This document shows positions 62,961-64,000 of a stretch of 64,000 bases of DNA, in pieces; positions within the stretch are counted from its first letter, which is position 1; every line of letters starts with the position of its first letter. Under the pieces are notes generated by a model. That model did not search any database, had not been told where the DNA came from, and saw only the letters and a list, made by a program, of their open reading frames with translations. The stretch lies in IMG/VR virus record IMGVR_UViG_3300012931_000667, positions 13,901 through 77,900 of that record; one strand, written 5' to 3'. A program made the position numbers and the translations under genes. The DNA is from a virus.

Positions 62961-64000
62961 ATGTCTTATACAGAAATTTATACTTTTGATTTAGATGGAA
63001 AAACTACTGATTGTTATGATATTGAAAACTCATTTAGAGGTAGTATGATGATATGGACTATATTAGAACGTAAATATCTATTATCATTACCTACTCCTGA
63101 ATGGGCAAAATATAGTAAAGAAGTACATGACTATTACTCTCGATGTGCTACTATGAATATAGAAGCTATGAAAGAAATATGGCACTTAAATAGAAGTAAT
63201 GGATTATCTATAGAAGAAGAAATTACATTAGCATCTACTATGGATGGTGTATTAATCAAAAGTAAAGATTTAAATAGATTAATTTCAGCATATGAATATT
63301 TTGCTACTGTTACTGATGATCAAGGTATGACTAATTTACCACAATATATAGAAGTAATTAAAAAAATTAGTATTGATCCTACTGTTTCTGCTATAGGATT
63401 TAGTATAAGTCAATGTAATAGCCCCTGGTACAAACAAGTAGATGATGATGAAGTTCCATATAATTATAATATTGATACTAATCATTGGTGGTTATTTGAT
63501 GAAATTGATAAGGAGTAAATTATGGGAATAATACAAGAAACGTTATATAATGATTTATCAGGTGTTAGTTTAGAGGTAATACAACATACTGATGATGAAA
63601 TGTATGATCCTTGGCATATTATTAGTATTGAAGGTTTAGGATTTGGTACTGGTGATCTTAGTGCTAAAGAATTAAAATTATTAGGGAAATGGTTAATAGA
63701 ACAAAGTAAATATATAAGTAAAAACTATACTTCTAAAGGTAATAAAAAAGAGGTAAAATAATGTTAAGACCTAAAATTCAATTTTCAAATTTTAATTGTG
63801 TTGGTGAATCTATAGATATGATAAAAAGAGAAAGTAAATTATTATATGATTTACTTGCTTGTTGTGAAGAATACATGAATGAAATTGAAAAAGATGAAAA
63901 GGAAGATAGTGATTTACCTCATTATATTTATGAAGCAACTATGGAATATGTTTATGGTAGTGATGTATGGAATTGGATAAATGAAGATCATCATAAATCT
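62961..64000 (+). other. hypothetical ORFs (62961-63518, 63522-63761, and one starting 63761 running off the window)
   Basis: Co-oriented ORFs with SD sites. Confidence 0.6.

Noticed and set aside
1-64000. CRISPR arrays, tRNA or rRNA genes
   Set aside because: No regularly spaced repeats or cloverleaf/T-loop signatures seen by eye; intergenic space is minimal.

Overview
Segment of a large, very AT-rich, gene-dense dsDNA bacteriophage genome. It has two divergent arms: genes lie almost all on the - strand from 1 to ~32.9 kb and on the + strand from ~33.3 kb to the end. The left arm encodes the N-terminus of a probable TnpB-like protein (runs off the window), a Hen1-methyltransferase/Pnkp-type RNA-ligase fusion, two Nudix hydrolases, a ClpP-like protease, many small hypothetical proteins, intein-containing NrdD plus NrdG, terminase large subunit, an adenine methyltransferase, a probable SSB, a metallophosphoesterase, a 5'-3' exonuclease and a probable sliding clamp. 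The right arm encodes Pif1/RecD-like and SF2 helicases, MazG-like, HAD nucleotidase, Thg1-like, dTMP kinase, lipase, DnaC-like loader, DnaB-like helicase, PolB-superfamily nucleotidyltransferase, DnaX-like clamp loader, AAA ATPase, DHH phosphoesterase and a family A DNA polymerase. At least six free-standing homing-endonuclease-like genes are present. The most striking unexplained signal is a ~115-nt structured leader found in four diverged copies, each directly upstream of a free-standing homing endonuclease gene (two GIY-YIG types, two HNH types). Each copy folds into a three-way junction with invariant GA and CUAA linkers, then a U-tract, a TAACTAT motif, and a hairpin abutting the Shine-Dalgarno. 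In every copy the loop of the first hairpin is the exact reverse complement of the loop of the SD-proximal hairpin, with a different loop sequence in each copy (covarying kissing loops). Also notable: a candidate origin with three stem-loops presenting GCGAAGC-type mini-hairpins at the strand switch, a duplicated DnaB 3' end flanking a GIY-YIG insertion, and a phage RNA-repair toolkit. All calls come from reading the sequence and motifs by eye; no database searches were run.
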